Shown: positions 36,768 through 51,150 of the stretch, piece after piece
How positions within the stretch are numbered: position 1 is the first letter of the stretch
Layout: each line of letters opens with the position of its first letter
Assembly: GCA_013265495.1 (NCBI GenBank)
Contig: MU058384.1
Coordinates: 4,708,792-4,772,791 of the forward strand
Direction: 5' to 3'
DNA from: Vicugna vicugna
Lineage: Eukaryota
DNA: 64,000 nt
Translations under genes and position numbers: made by a program
The notes under the pieces: model-generated
Databases searched by the model: none
What the model saw: the letters and a program-made list of their open reading frames with translations, nothing else
What the model was told of the DNA's origin: nothing

Positions 36768-37616
36768 CCTTGACGTCTTTCTTGATTTTCCCTTTTTTAC
36801 TTTCCAAGTTGCGTAAGTCAGTAACAGTTATTAAGCATGTTCCCTGTTCTCAGTCCCTTCTCTTCTAGTTTGTCACCTTCATGTTGTGAAGTGCTGCAAA
36901 AGCTCCCAACTGTCTCTGCTTATTTGTAAAAGACATGAAGGTTAACAAAGATATTTTCTACTTAGAGTCATAGTCCAGTGAAAGAGCACCTATTTTGAAT
37001 TGATGAGATTTTTTTTCTCATAAGAATATCCATTTATTTAGCTTAAATGTAAGTTGTCTTGTTTAGCAATTTTTTTAATTGAATAGACCTTTTAAAAAGA
37101 TAGACTAAAATATTTTTAAAACATAATAAAGGGCTCAAATGAGTTTAATGTCTTAATTACTCTTTTAAAATAATTTTGACTTTTTAAAAATTAAAAAATC
37201 ACAAAGTTTTACCATTAAAATATTGATGCTGAAAAAAATGGAAAATTTGTTTCTGTTTAAATAATAGCTTAATCTTTATCATTGTCATTTCAAACAAACA
37301 TGTATTGATCACCTCCTTTGTACAAAGTAACACCTGCCACAGTAATGTCACTGCTTTACCAAGGGTCTGAAATTGTATAAGGGAAAAGATAGCTATCAGG
37401 AACACATTTTAGAAGTCATTTGGGTTACCTTGTGAAAATGATCTGAAACTGTGCTTAACCAGCTGTGTCAGTGTTCTTTCCTTTGCTTTACCAATCTAAG
37501 GAATTTCAGCATACCATATTAATCTTTTTAAAATGAGTTTTTGACTGTCTGCTTTCGCTTTATTGGATGCATTTATTTTCAATGAAGGTAACGTTTTATT
37601 TGAATTCTTATTTAAG

Positions 37617-37802
37617 CTTTTAGGAGCCAATGGAAATGTAAACATCAATTCAAAACTTCGCTTGCAGCTGTATTACCCACCTACTAAGCCTCGATCCCAG
37701 TCAAACGTCGTCGAGGTTTTTGAGTGGTGGTCAAAATTTCCAAGAAATCGTTATCCATCAACGCTCTATGTAACTGTAAGAGGACTGAAAGTTCCAGAAT
37801 GT
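37617..37802 (+). CDS. AHI1: AHI1 coding exon 8 (186 nt; [22 protein letters not shown]...GLKVPEC)
   Basis: tttaag acceptor, GTAAGT donor; ORF 37563-37811. Confidence 0.95.
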
Positions 37803-38083
37803 GTAAGTTAATAGCACATGCAAAAATATATCTTGTCTTGTTGAGATTAAAAGGTGACATGTTTCCATTTCTAAAAAGATAAAGTATCTAGAATTATTTT
37901 AATGGGTTTCTAAAATAGAAAGATACCTTCAGGGATTATGTAATAAGCATGTAATAGCTGATACTTAAAAGATACTTGGGTGAATTTTAAATACTAAATA
38001 TAGATTTCAATTTTAGGAAAACAGTTGTTTTTTTTTTAATAATACTAGTTTTTAAAACTTAAAGGTAAAATAGTGACTTAAAG

Positions 38084-38316
38084 TAGGAGTTGAAAAATAT
38101 TTTCCATAGAGGACCAGCCAGCAGCTGTTTCAGACTTTGCAGGCCATGCGGTCTCTGTCGCAGCTACTCAGCTGTGCCGTTCTAGTGGAAAAGTAGCTAC
38201 AGAGACATACGTAGGCGATAACTAAGCAAATGGATTTGGATGTGCTCAAGTAAAACTTTATTTACAAAAACGTCATCAGACTACGTTTGGCCCAGACTGT
38301 AGTTTGCAGACCTATG
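38084..38316 (+). mobile_element. MER58A-like hAT-Charlie element
   Basis: gactttgcaggccatgcggtctctgtcgcagctactcagctgtgccg..taaaactttatttacaaaaa..gtagtttgcagacc. Confidence 0.8.
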
Positions 38317-38962
38317 AATTAGAGGCACATTTTTTACAGTATTATTAAAATAATCAGAAAGTAATATTTCTCCTTCTGTTTTCCATAGATTAAGATTATG
38401 ACTATTTTAGTAAAGCATTTGTCCTAAAATGAACTTTTGCTTTTGTCTTATTGCTGTACGATATTTCAAGTCAGGTGCGTATTCTGTAGTTGATATTATG
38501 AACTGTGACCACAGGGTTGGTTTGCATTGGTTTGAAAGGAGTTAAATCAGTTTTAAGAAGTGGAGAATTTAAAAAACTTCAGATCTTTATGTTACCAGTT
38601 TTGTGATTATAAAGCCAGAGCTACCATAGCACAATGTCAGAGCCATAATATAACATCTCGTAGGTATTGGTGAAGAGGTGGAAACCAAGGGGCAGAGTTA
38701 TTAAAACCATTTCTTGTAACTGTTTAGAGTTTTGTTTCTTTCCTTCCCACTTTTAAGGCTTTTTGGTTTAAGACTATAATTTCAAGCAGTTTTCATTTTA
38801 TTTAGAATAATGTATAAATAAAAGAATTTTTTTTCTGGGTTACATTATTAAAACATTTCCACATTATATTGTTTGTTTCAATATTTTAATAACCATGCAT
38901 TCTAGAAAAGAGAAAAAGATTAACATGCTGTATAAATTTTCTCATTTCCTATACATATTCAG

Positions 38963-39115
38963 ATAAAGCCATCTTACCGCTCTATGACGGCTCTTCAGGA
39001 AGAAAAGGGTAAAACAGTGTATTGTGAACAACACGGTGAGTCAAGTTCAGTAGACACAGAACCTGGATTAGAAGATTCAAAGGAAGTGGTGAAGTGGAAG
39101 CGGCTGCCTGGGCAG
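38963..39115 (+). CDS. AHI1: AHI1 coding exon 9 (153 nt; [16 protein letters not shown]...KWKRLPGQ)
   Basis: attcag acceptor, GTGAGG donor. Confidence 0.96.
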
Positions 39116-39329
39116 GTGAGGTCTTCACTAGCTTTGGATTCATTTAGTTATTTTCTTCTTTATTTTTAAAACTCCAGCAGCTCCTATGGTAACTAGCTTG
39201 CTGCTTAAAACTCTCAGATTATCCTTGTTTTTAACCACAGTCTTGTCTTTCTATTAATTCATTTGACAAATAATAATACAGTACCTACTAGGTGCATAAA
39301 GGTGCTATTTTAAGTTTGTTAGGAACCTG

Positions 39330-39707
39330 GGATTTTATTTGTTTTAGGGGCTGCAACAGATTGGGGGACTTAAACAACAGAAATTTATTTTCTCACGGTT
39401 CTGGAGGCTGGAAGTCCCAGGACTAAGGGTTGGCAGGGTTGGTTTACTCTGAGGCCTTTCTCCTTGGCTCCAGGTGGCTGCCCTCTTGCTGCCTCTTCAT
39501 GGTCTTTTCTCTGTGCATGTGCATCCCTGGTGTCTCTTCCTTTTCTCAGAAGGACACTAGCCTTATTAGATCAGGGCTCTACCCTAACAAGCTCATTTTA
39601 ACTTGGCCAGCTCTTTAAAGACCTTATATCCAAATGCTATTACATTCTGAGGTACTGGGGTTAGGACTTCAGCATACGTATTTTGGGGACAGAATTCAGC
39701 CCATAAA
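39330..39707 (-). mobile_element. MaLR solo LTR (MLT1B/C-like)
   Basis: ttaaacaacagaaatttattttctcacggttctggaggctggaagtcc..gggacagaattcagcccataa. Reverse-orientation relative of the 1947-2329 LTR. Confidence 0.85.
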
Positions 39708-40219
39708 TGCACCGTTTATGAATTTGTGAAATTTTTTACAGCCCCTGGCTTCTTCCTAAATCACACTTTGATAAAGATAGGTACATTCATATTCTTTTAC
39801 CACAAGTTCAGCAGTATTTAAGCTTTTAATGAAGTTTTCTTACTTGGTTAGCATATTTTGCAGTGGCAAGAATCATTATTGATCCAGTTTTGCAAATCGC
39901 TTACTTGTTTCCGTAAGAGTTTAGTGGTTCATTTTATACTCTCAGTATGTACATAAGTGACTATTTTCCTAGACCTTTTCACTGTCTGAGTTTTGCATCA
40001 TATTTGATTTTCTTTTTGAGGGCAGTTTTACAGATACATCTTAAAGTCATTTTTAAGTACGTCAAACATAATAATATGGAGAAAATGACGTTTAGACTGG
40101 TCCCTTGGGGACCTTTCACATCAATTGGAGACATAGGAAACAGTTACAGTATTGTTCACTGTCAGGTGTGCTGCAAAGAAGTCTTGAAGAAATGTAAGTG
40201 TAAAAAGAATTGTTTAGGT

Positions 40220-40720
40220 CAGCAATTCTCAAAGTGTGACTGGGGACTGCTGGGGAAGTCCCGGGACCCTTTCAGGGGTCTGTGAAGTCAATCTGTTTGC
40301 ATAATAAGATAGTAATGATTCTAATGATTTCATGATTGAGTTTGTCTTTTTGACTTTCATTCTCTCCAGCATGTACTGGAGTTTTCCAGAGGCTAAATGA
40401 TACATGATATCACAAAAGAGGATGAAAACAGAAGCGGTAAATAAAATAAAAATCTATCTTTTATTAAGCCAGATATTAGAAAGATTTTCAAAAATATAGA
40501 GTAATTCCATTTTATGTATTTTTTCATAAAAAGAAATTATTTGTTAACATTTAATGGGGTTGCTCTTTTTTTAATAACAAATATTTTTAAAAATTATCCA
40601 TTTTTATCTCTAATATAAATACCTAATAGATCTAGCCACAAAAACAAAAGCTTTTTGGGGTCCTTAAAATTTTTTAAGATTGGGAAGCATTCTAAGACTA
40701 AAACAGTTTGAGAATTGCAG
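40220..40720 (+). mobile_element. Non-autonomous hAT-Charlie DNA transposon with terminal inverted repeats
   Basis: Left end CAGCAATTCTCAAAGTG. Right end CAGTTTGAGAATTGCAG, whose reverse complement is CTGCAATTCTCAAACTG. Confidence 0.75.
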
Positions 40721-42571
40721 ATACGTAGAAGGTGAACTGGAGTGGTGGAGGAAGGATTCATTCAACAGGTTGGTGGATCTTGAGGTAGACTTTTAAGGGT
40801 GGCCAAGATAGGGCTGGGTGAGGAGGGCCGGGAAGAGTGTTTCATATTGGGGCAGTGTTGTAAATGGGAAAGGACCTGCTATGTTCCTTAGGCCCTCAAA
40901 ACTTGGCTGCCTGGAAACCCGAGCTTGTGAAAGAGATAAAACGGTGTGATAGATTATGCCCACATTGTGGAGTGGCTTAGATGGTAGCCTGATACTTGAT
41001 TGTGTGGGACTGAGAAATAAAGGGAATAAATAGAATAAATAGAAGGGAAGCATGATAGCAGTTGTACTCTAGGACAAATGCTGGATGGCTTGTAGAAGAT
41101 CTTGAGGTAGGTTCCATCAGAATGAGAGAAACCTAGCAGGTGACAGTTGCAGTCATTGATGATGTGTGAGGTAAAGAGGGTCCAACCTTGGGATATGGTC
41201 AGAAAAATTGAGAAATAAGAGGTGAATACAAAAGAAAGAAGGAAACTTAGTGACTCACAAGGTAGTAATGGAGGGAAAAGAGTTGAAGATGTTGAGGAGC
41301 CTGTATTGTTATTATTAAACTTTCATCATGTGCTAGTCTGAGTACAGTGTCAAACCCTGGGAACCCCAAGAAAATAATGGTGCCTTTGGTATCTTGGCTT
41401 AAATGATGAGGCACAGAGTTTTCCTCAACTACATCTCCTCTAGAAGCAGCAGCAAGTGGCTATAAAACCTGACTTTTTCTTCAACTCTTGTCCTCTTTTT
41501 ATCCCGCTCTCCCTTTTCTGACTCATCTGAGTGGAGAATAGAAGGAAAGAATGGGTAGCATGGTGTCTGGTACATTACTGGCACCTAATGTCTATTGAAT
41601 TTTTCAGCTTTATATTAGCTTCTCATAGTGCTGCCTTCTCATAATGCCGTTAAATCTTGATGCTACATGTGAAAAACCTGGTACCTATCTAGAAAGCCGG
41701 TCCTTGAGCTAATAGTCTTTGATTAGGCCAGTTAAACTGGGCTTAAGCCTCTGAATAATCTTTATTAACTATATTTAGTAATAATGGTTACTCACAGGGT
41801 TGCTGTGATGAATATATGAAAAGATATTCATAATAAAGTACCACATTCATGGCATGTAGTGAGGGCCAAATATATATTCATTTGAACTTTTTGAAAAGTA
41901 AGAAAGAAACACAAAAAGAAAAGCTCACTGAAGTTTTGAAGAGGTAGAATTCAGATAAATAGAAGTAGTATTTTCTACAGTAAATATTAATACACAAAAA
42001 GTTTTGGTTTCATCTGGTACTAAGGAATGAAAACATAAAAATTATGAAGAAATTTTTTTAAAATTAATGAATGAGAAACCAATAGGAGATGAGTGATTGC
42101 TTTGAAAATACATTTTTGAGCACAGCCAGAAATGAGGGTTATTTTAAGAGAGAAAGGGAAAGAGAATGAGTAGTCATACATCCTGGACTTCAGCAAGGCC
42201 CTAAATGGAATTGATACCTCAGAACAAGTTTGTGGTTCAGCAAAAATAAGGATATGACATAAATTCTTTTCTGTGGGTATGTAAAAATAATGTGGTAGTG
42301 ACAACTCTAGAGGATCAGATATTGAAATTTTCTATTCATATTTTAGGTAAATTAAGTACTAGTTAGACATGGAGTATAAATCCACTTAATTTTATAAAGA
42401 ACTGAAACTGATTCTCTGTTGCAAAAGTAATTTATTGCAGTTTTCCATCATTCTGCTTACTTGCTTTTCTCTTCCTCTGAACCACAGTAAAGGATCTTTA
42501 AAAAAAAAATCACCAAAACACCACTGCAGTAATTGAGATTAACTAATTTTTATTAAACTAATTAATTTTAA

Positions 42572-42748
<177 letters not shown>

Positions 42749-43714
42749 TAACAGTTCTGCCTGTTTAATCTGATTGTCTATATGGAGGATATTTTTTTGA
42801 TTTTAAAATTCACTGATATCTTAATTTGTGTAATTTACCAGTACTACTAAATTAAAATAGATTTGTCCATGTTAAGTAACAATTCTTTTATAATTTATAC
42901 TCTTCTATCCAATGTATGTTCAGAAGTGGAATGAGGATGAGCATGAAGGATGGTAAATCTGTTTTTAGAACACGCAGGAAGATTTTTTAAAAGTATTTTC
43001 CATTTTAAATACAGAAATTTTGCAACATGAAGGATTAACAAGTTGGTTGACAGCAGCGATAATTTGATTATGAAAGTCCTCAAATTTGTTATGCACTAGA
43101 ACGATTATAATGGATTCTGGAGATCCTAGATGAAAAATTCTCATTATGTTAGAGAAGTCAGCAGAGAGGCCAAAATCATACCCTTAAAATGAGAATTATT
43201 ATGCTCTTCTAGACTTAGAGACTTTAACTGCTTCCCCTTTACTTTTTATTTAATCATGAAAACCAACTCACCTCAGCAGGAAGCAGCTACTTCTCCATGG
43301 GCGTCTGCCCTAAGCACTGGTGTTGAATTTTCTGGGCTTAGCATGGTTTATTCCTGGCTGATTCCTTTTTTTCCATCAGGGACTCATAACTGGCTTGGTT
43401 AGCATCTATTAAATAGATACTCCTTCTCACTGTTAGCTTAAAGACAGTTTGTGTAGTTTGATTACAACTACGCTGTTTTAAAAATTCTCTAAAACGTATG
43501 CACTGGGGATAAAAAGAGGCTTAGGAAACATACTCCAGAATATTAATAGTTCTTTCTTTTCACTGTGCACTGGGCAGTAAAAAAATTATTTTCATTCTGA
43601 TTTATATGTTTTTAACATTTCTATGATAAATATGTGTTAACCTCAGCTTAAAAAAAAAGCTATATGAATTTAGATGTAATTACTGCTTAATCCTCAAAAA
43701 GGAAAAGAATAATC

Positions 43715-44405
43715 TTAGTCTTTGGTTTTTGATTGTTTGATTATGATGTGTCTACTTGGAATTCATTTAGATTGTAGGATGTGCAGATTAATGTTTTTCA
43801 CAAATTTGGAAAGTTTTCCATCTTTATTTCTTGAACAATTCTTTCTTATCCTTTCTGTTGCTTCAATTCTTGAGACTCCTCCCATTTCTGTGTTGGGACA
43901 CTTTGTGGCCTCTCTTAGATCTCTGCAGCTTTATTCATTTTTCTTCATTCTTCTTCTTTCTGTTGCTCAGACTGCGTAATTTCAATTGACCTATCTTCAA
44001 GTTTACTGATTCTTCTGCCTGTCCAAGTCTGCTATGAGCCTCTTTATTGAATTATTTATTTCACTTACTGTACTTTTCAACTCCAGAATTTCTTTTTTGT
44101 TTTTTGTTTTTTGGGTTTTTTTTCTATCTCTGTTTATTGGTGAGAAATCATCCTCACACCTTTATTCTTTAAACATGGTTTTCTTCAGAAAGGGAACAGG
44201 GTCAAATTAAAACACCCCAGAGCTCAGTGTTCTTACCAAGATTCAATTGTTTTTCTTGAATAAATGTCCCTCAGATTGTTGTGAGCCTTTGTTTAATTTC
44301 CAGCATTCTGAAAAAGTTAATTTTAACACTTTTAGCCAGTGTTCTCATTGCTTATAAGGGGTTGCAGATTTTCTAAGGTCCTTATTTTACTGTTCCGGTT
44401 CCAGT
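43715..44405 (-). mobile_element. Old L1 ORF1/5' fragments, antisense
   Basis: tttgattatgatgtgtct..caaatttggaaagttttcca..tcaattgacctatcttcaagtttactgattcttctgcc. Confidence 0.7.
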
Positions 44406-45027
44406 TCTGTACTGCTTAAAAGACAATTGGTTTTACCACTAGGTGGAAGTAGAGACTTAGAAACCTTGTTCTGTGTTGTCATTATCTTAGAAGATTTCAT
44501 GTATACATAACATAGCGATACCACAAATGCCTTGTTTATAAGTTTAGATCTCTGTTAATTCTCTTACTATGTCTATCGTTTTTTAGGATTTGAATTTTTT
44601 TCTAGCAATAGTGCAGTTTAAATTTTTTTTTGTTTCAAATAATTAAATTTTGTTTGAAATTTGATTGATTTTCAGATAAAATAATGCCTTATTCATGAAG
44701 CCCAAATTACAGAATCTTTGAAGTGAATTGCAATTTAAAAGTTATTTAATTAAAAAATTAATTGTCAAAGATTATTGGGAGAATAGCAATGAAGAGATGA
44801 GAATAATTAATTGTAAACATATAAAATTTTATGTATGTAAATTCTTGTGTCTAAAGCAAATGAAAAATTATTTTTAAGTAGATTTTGAATTTTTTATGAT
44901 GAAAATGTCTTTGGTGTAATATTCTTAGTGCTTACCTTATATACAAATTATAAATTATGCATCTTTATATTATTGGATTAAGAATCCTCTGTCTGGAAAC
45001 ATACTAATTTTTTGATACTTTCATTAG

Positions 45028-45151
45028 TGTATGAAATTCCTTCTGGACGTTTCATGAGAGAATTGTGTGGCCACCTCAATATCATTTATGATCTTTGCTG
45101 GTCAAAAGATGATCGCTGTATCCTTACTGCATCGTCTGATGGCACTGCCAG
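45028..45151 (+). CDS. AHI1: AHI1 coding exon 11 (124 nt; [40 protein letters not shown]), WD40
   Basis: cattag acceptor, GTTAGT donor; GH..DG WD40 signature. Confidence 0.96.
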
Positions 45152-46249
45152 GTTAGTGTACTTAAGAAATAATCACTGTGTATGACGTTTGTCCTCAAGG
45201 AAAGCAAAGGGAGCATAAAGTGGTGTAATTACTCTTATGCTTCAATTATGTCTTGCTTATCAAGGGACTGTCTTGAATATGCATCATACAGGCCCACTGA
45301 TTAAGTTAGAAGTAGTGAAAACTTTTTTCCTAAAGACATGTTTGTTAAATATATTTCATTTATGTAATACATAATGTTTCTTGTCCTCACTGTCTTTAAA
45401 TGATCATTACATATGCTGTTCAGTTAATACTTTGACATGAGGTTTATTAAACAGCTGAGATCTTTCTTGGAATATAGGCTCTTGATGGCAGGGATTCCGT
45501 CTTCACTGTTAGCCAGATGCAGAGGCCAGGACATGGTGGTGCTCAGTGCATAGTATAGGATCAATACACAAATGTGCATCTTTTGTTTTAAGAGCTTAAT
45601 AGATTGTCAGATATTTGTACTTTTCAGAATGACAGTCTTAAAATAATTCAACTCCTTTCAATTTAATAAGTGTCACAATAAAATATTTAAAAGCTACTTT
45701 TTAAAGTTTTATTTACACTTTTTTGGCTGATTGTTTTACCATGGGTGTATTCTACAAATATTATTAGGCAGATTTTCAAGATGCTTTTATATATGTCACT
45801 TAATTGGATTCCAACAAATGTAAGTGGATACACGTAAGTACTATAACTATGGACACTGAGAGCAGTTTGAGGTCCACTCTGACTTCACCCTTATTTACTC
45901 TGCTTCCTGCTCTTTTAACACATGCTCTTTGAAGACACCTCTAGCGTCTAGCTCCCATCTTCTATTAATCAGCATCCTTTTCAGTATAAAATGTCTAATT
46001 GATTAAGATGTTATCATTACTGATTAGTTTATATTTAAATGAAGACCTGATTTCTGGCTAGCTGGGAACCTACTTTTAGTCCCTCTTAACAATATCCCCA
46101 ATAACACATCTGGCTTCTCTGTTCTTTCAAGCATAACCATTCTGTCTGATGCACGGCTATGTTAGAGAAAAATACATAACCTTGGTAAGATCTGTCTGTG
46201 GGTTTGTAAGTCTTAAAATCACCTGAGCTCTCATCTCTGCTGAGCAATC

Positions 46250-47780
46250 CTTTTATTTATCTTTATTTAGCCATCTTTTCTCATTCTTCCAGCAGCAGAT
46301 CCAAACTACATGACTCTTCAAGTTCTCTACACTAAAACACAATCTTCCCACTTTCATTAAATGACTACCTTTGGTTTACAGTGAAATTTAGCCAGACATG
46401 AAAGTCCTATATTTCTCTCTGATTTCCTACCTAATATTCATAAATTTACCAGTCTTTATCTCTGTACATCTCTCTTAACAAGGAAGTGTGGAGTAATCTT
46501 TGACCTGTGCTTTTAATCTCAAATCTTTCAATCCATAGTCTTGTTACTTCTATTTCCTATCTCTCTTGTTTCTTTAGTATCTTTCTCTATTGATTATGTC
46601 CTCTCATCTTAGACATATGATTAAGTCTCCTTAAGAAAATCTCCCTGCTTTCCAGACTACCACATTATTTTTCTTTCTATACCATCAAGAGCATTCTGCT
46701 CACATTGTCTTTCCTTCAACCCAGTTAGGCTCATTTTCACTTCCACCGTGAGTTTACATAAACTTATTTTTGAGAGATCTCCAGTTTCTTACTAATTTTT
46801 AGATCTGCTGTCTAGTTTTAGTCCTTAACCCTGTTTGCCTTTACTGCAGTAATTATTGACCAATATATAAATATTGAAATATTTTCAAGTCATGGGTTTC
46901 ATTTTACAACCTCTTCTGTTTTCTTCTTTTCACTCTGACCAGTTCTCACTCTCATTCTCCACTTCCCTTTCTTCTGCCTGTTGTCTGTAAATGCTCATCC
47001 CCAGGACCCTTTACTCAATGTCTTCTGTAGGTTGGTGTGCTTATCCTGGTCTCTCTTATCTCCCTGGGTCTGACTGTCACGTACATGCTAATGATTTCTA
47101 GCTCCTACACTTTTTCCAAATTCAACTTTGTATTACAAACTTCTGTCTGGATTGCCTAGTGGCATCTCTAATCCAAAACAAAACTTACCTTACCCAGCCT
47201 GTCTCCCAAGCTGGGAACTCAAGTGTAGTTCTCATCTCTTCTTTCCTTTCCACATCGAAGTAGTTCTAAAGTGTGTTAGTTCTGCCTCCTGAGAGGCTCA
47301 CATTGTCACATTCTGACCTCGCTGCTGTTGCCTTAATTCAAGCCCTTGTTAGTTATCTTTTGCTTAAACTGTTGTTACTAAGCTTTCCCAGTATTCAGTC
47401 TCTAGCTCCCCTGTCCTTGGTATGCTAAAATTATCTTTTCAAAACCATCTTTCGTAACGCCTTGATTTAAAAAAAAATCGATTACCACTGTCCTTTGGAA
47501 GATGTTCCAGTTCCTTAGCATGTCATGACAAGCATGACCCTCATTGACCTTACATCTTCTCTGTGCACCTCCCATGTACCTTCTGCCTCACCCATGTGAT
47601 CTTTCGAAATACCCTTAACATCTAATCTTTGTTAAATGCCCTTTTCTTCCCCTTCCTGCCGAACTCATTCACTCAACAACATCTAAGTGCCTTTGATAAG
47701 CCAGAGTGGGCTCATAGTGATCATTTAAAATCCAGCTTAGATTTATCATTTCTTGAAATCACCTTAGATTTCATCACACA
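46250..47780 (+). mobile_element. Degenerate L2 LINE
   Basis: Long pyrimidine-rich tract with L2-like motifs (catgctaatgatttc, gcatctctaatcc, ttatcttttcaaaac). Confidence 0.5.
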
Positions 47781-49825
47781 ACATATATTTCAGTAAAGTA
47801 TACTTTTTTCTTTATGTGGCTTTGAAATTGATACTACTTTAGGATTCTTTATATCCTAAAAATAATATTGTGAAAGATTAACTGAGCAAGGAGATAAACA
47901 ATGTGACTAGAACCAAAAAGACAGTGAGATTTTTGAAAGAGGTAAGGAATACCTTTAATGAGTAACCTAAGTTAAAAGGAAGAGAATCAGAGTCGCTAAC
48001 GCTCAAAAGTGACAAGAAGTTGGGTTTCTGCCCAGGTCTTTTTCTCTCTTCCCTTGGGGTCCCCGTCACATGTTATTGTTAGTATCCTGAGTAACCTTTC
48101 CCCACTGGTTAGCTCTCTGCCATGTGGATTTAACCTAAATCTCCTTTAGTTATCATCAGTGTAATTGGAGAACAATACAGATCATTAGCTCCTAATATAA
48201 TCAGAAAGACTTGTCTGCATATGATGGTTCCCAAATAGATCCGTATGTCCTCACTCTGCACACATACTATTTTAACTTTAGTATATTTTTTTCCTTTCCT
48301 AATTCTAATAATTTTTTGTGTTCATCTAGTCTTTACGAATTTGTATATCATTGTTCTTTGTCTATGATCAACCTGATTTTTTTTGACAAATCCATTAATG
48401 CGTTTCTTTTGATCTTGGATTCTATCACTGCTTGGGTGACTAAAGCCATCGTTGATACCAGTTCGACTTTTACATAAAAGCTGTATTCTTTTAAAATATT
48501 GTGTGTTTTAATTATATTGAGCTATTTTTAAGATACAGTTGCTTCATTTCTGCTTGTTTCATAGTATTTCAGATAATGCTACTAAGATTTATTAGCAGAC
48601 AATGTTTATCTTTTAGCAGTTTTCTTAATATTTCCTCCAAAAGTTAGTGATTTTGTTCTTTCAATAAGTACTATATTTCATGTAGCATATGTTCATTGAA
48701 AGTGTTACTAGTAAAAATGTTTATGCAGTGACACACGTGCTTTACTTTTACTTGAAAACATGTTCTTTCACTTCCTTCATTATTAGTTTTGATTCTTAGT
48801 AATTGAAGATCATATCCTGTATTTTAAGCAGCTGCTGAGAAAACTTGAAGAATGTTATTCTTGAATAGCAACTGTATTTTTTTCTTTGTTCAGTAATTTG
48901 GAAAGGGCTTAATTTGCTTCAGTTCTTAGTAATTAAAAGGATGAATTGTAAATCCTCACATTAAAAATTAATAGATTTTTCTAATTCTGATAACTTAAAT
49001 TTTTAAAACTCGAGTGCTTCACACTCATAAAGCTCCTGTTTGTTGCTAGATTTTTCCTTTTTACACATTGACTAGAAATGCAGAATATCTAACATGACAC
49101 TTTAACTTAGAATTTACTCTTGTCAAAGCTGTAGCAATGACAGTAATAATAATTTCTTTTAAATCACCTATTATTTAGAGGAAGAGATAACAAGAGTATT
49201 AAACATAAAGTGAGTGCTCAATAGCGTGTTTTCTATCAAAATATTCTAATTATTTTAATGTTATTTTATTCAAGTATTTATATGGTAATTTCAGTATGGC
49301 TTCTAAGTCTGAGATACGTTCATTATGTAGGCTTTGAAATTACGAGTAAAAAGTTAATAGAGTATCCTGTTCTCTAAACCTCAACTGTAAGCACTTTGCA
49401 AAAGCAATTATATACAACTTAAGTGGGAAATCATTGAAATTTCTCCTCCTATTTTATTTTTATATGTATTTTATTAAATGCACTATTTTTACCAACTATT
49501 CAATATGTGTTTAACCAATGTCAAAAAATAGGTTTAAAAATACAGACATTTCTAAATACAAATACAGTTTTTCATTTTGCAGTATAGATTACAGTTAGTA
49601 GGCAATCTAATTATCATGCTTGATAGTAACTATAAGAAATAGCTTTGTCAAAATGGAAAGAACTCTGGCCATCAAATAATGTGATCACATTATTTTTATT
49701 GTTATAAAATTTAGTTTACCATTAGTTGTTGTCACTTGCTTATTTATCAAATCCACTGCCTATATTGGTTCTTGGAGAAACATCTGCCTTTCAGGAGCAA
49801 TATATAACTTTTTATCCTTTTCCAG

Positions 49826-50055
49826 GATATGGAAAAATGAAATAAACAATACAAATACTTTCAGAGTTTTACCTCATCCTTCTTTTGTTTACACGGCTAA
49901 ATTCCATCCAGCTGTGAAAGAGCTGGTGGTTACAGGATGCTATGATTCTGTGATACGTATATGGAAAGTTGATATGAGAGAGGATCCTGCCATACTGATC
50001 CGACAATTTGACACTCACAAGAGTTTCATCAACTCTCTCTGTTTTGATATTGAAG
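49826..50055 (+). CDS. AHI1: AHI1 coding exon 12 (230 nt; [28 protein letters not shown]...SLCFDIE), WD40
   Basis: tttccag acceptor, GTATGT donor. Confidence 0.96.
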
Positions 50056-50779
50056 GTATGTCAGAGGGTATATTCCAGCTGAAGTCTAGTTGAAGGAAAA
50101 TTTTTAAAAATGTTTTTTATTTTACAGGATAATAATTATTTAAGCTTGAGAGGGATTTTATGTATTGAATAAAATTAAATATGTTAGTGCATATGTAGAT
50201 TTATGCATGTTTTGCAGATCATATGGTAGACCTAGGCATAGATTTGGCACTGAGGGAGCTCTGTTAGTAATTATAACGTCAGCAAATTCCTCAACATTTA
50301 GATTCAACTAATCTTTGCTGTAACAACCAGTCCTGTTCTAAATTTCATAAATACATTTTATTGGATTGGTGATTATTCCCTTAGTAGGTTTTTTTAAAGG
50401 GGTTTTTTTATGTTAAGGGTAAAATGAGGAAGATGAGGGGAAAATCCCAAAAGAATATTGAAAATATATATTTTATTTATAGCAGCAGGATTTTTTTTAA
50501 AGTACAGAAACATACAGAAGGGAAATTTGTAATTATTTAAAGATTTAATCTTAGACTATGAGTATTGTAAATGGTGTTTTAAAGACATAAAATATAGATT
50601 ATCAGCTGAAAGAATAAAGAAATTCATTATATCTATTAAACACAGTCACCTTTACATTATTTCAGACACTACATGTCTGTAGCTATAGTTTATTAGTATG
50701 GGATCTAGATCAAAATGATAATACTGCTAATGTACTCATTCTAGCCGCAAGGATGTTTTTAAGGTGAAACACACTCGGG

Positions 50780-51150
50780 ACAGGTCAGCCAAGGATAGAC
50801 AGGGGTCTGAAGACTCTGCCATGATAGAAGTAGCTCAGATTATGAAGGAGGTGAAGAATTTCTTCAAATATTTGGTAAGATGTGAAAAAAAGAGGTCAGT
50901 CTGTTTTTCTTCGGTAGGTAAATATAGGGCCTGAGCTGCAGAAGACCTATTTTCTTCGCTCAGAATTAGAAAGAACATTCTAACATACAGAGCAGTTCAT
51001 CGGTTGAATAAGCTGCTTTGTAAAATATTAAATTCACAGTTGCTGAACAACCATCTGTTCGTAATGGTTTGCAGACTATTCCTGAATGGGTGTGAAGTTG
51101 AACTTGATGATCTCTGAGGTCCCATTCAGCTGTAAGATAGGCTGACTCTA
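50780..51150 (+). mobile_element. CR1/L3 LINE 3' end
   Basis: ttcttcaaatatttg..aagaacattctaac..ttgaacttgatgatctctgaggtcccattcagctgtaagat, characteristic CR1 3' terminus. Confidence 0.7.
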
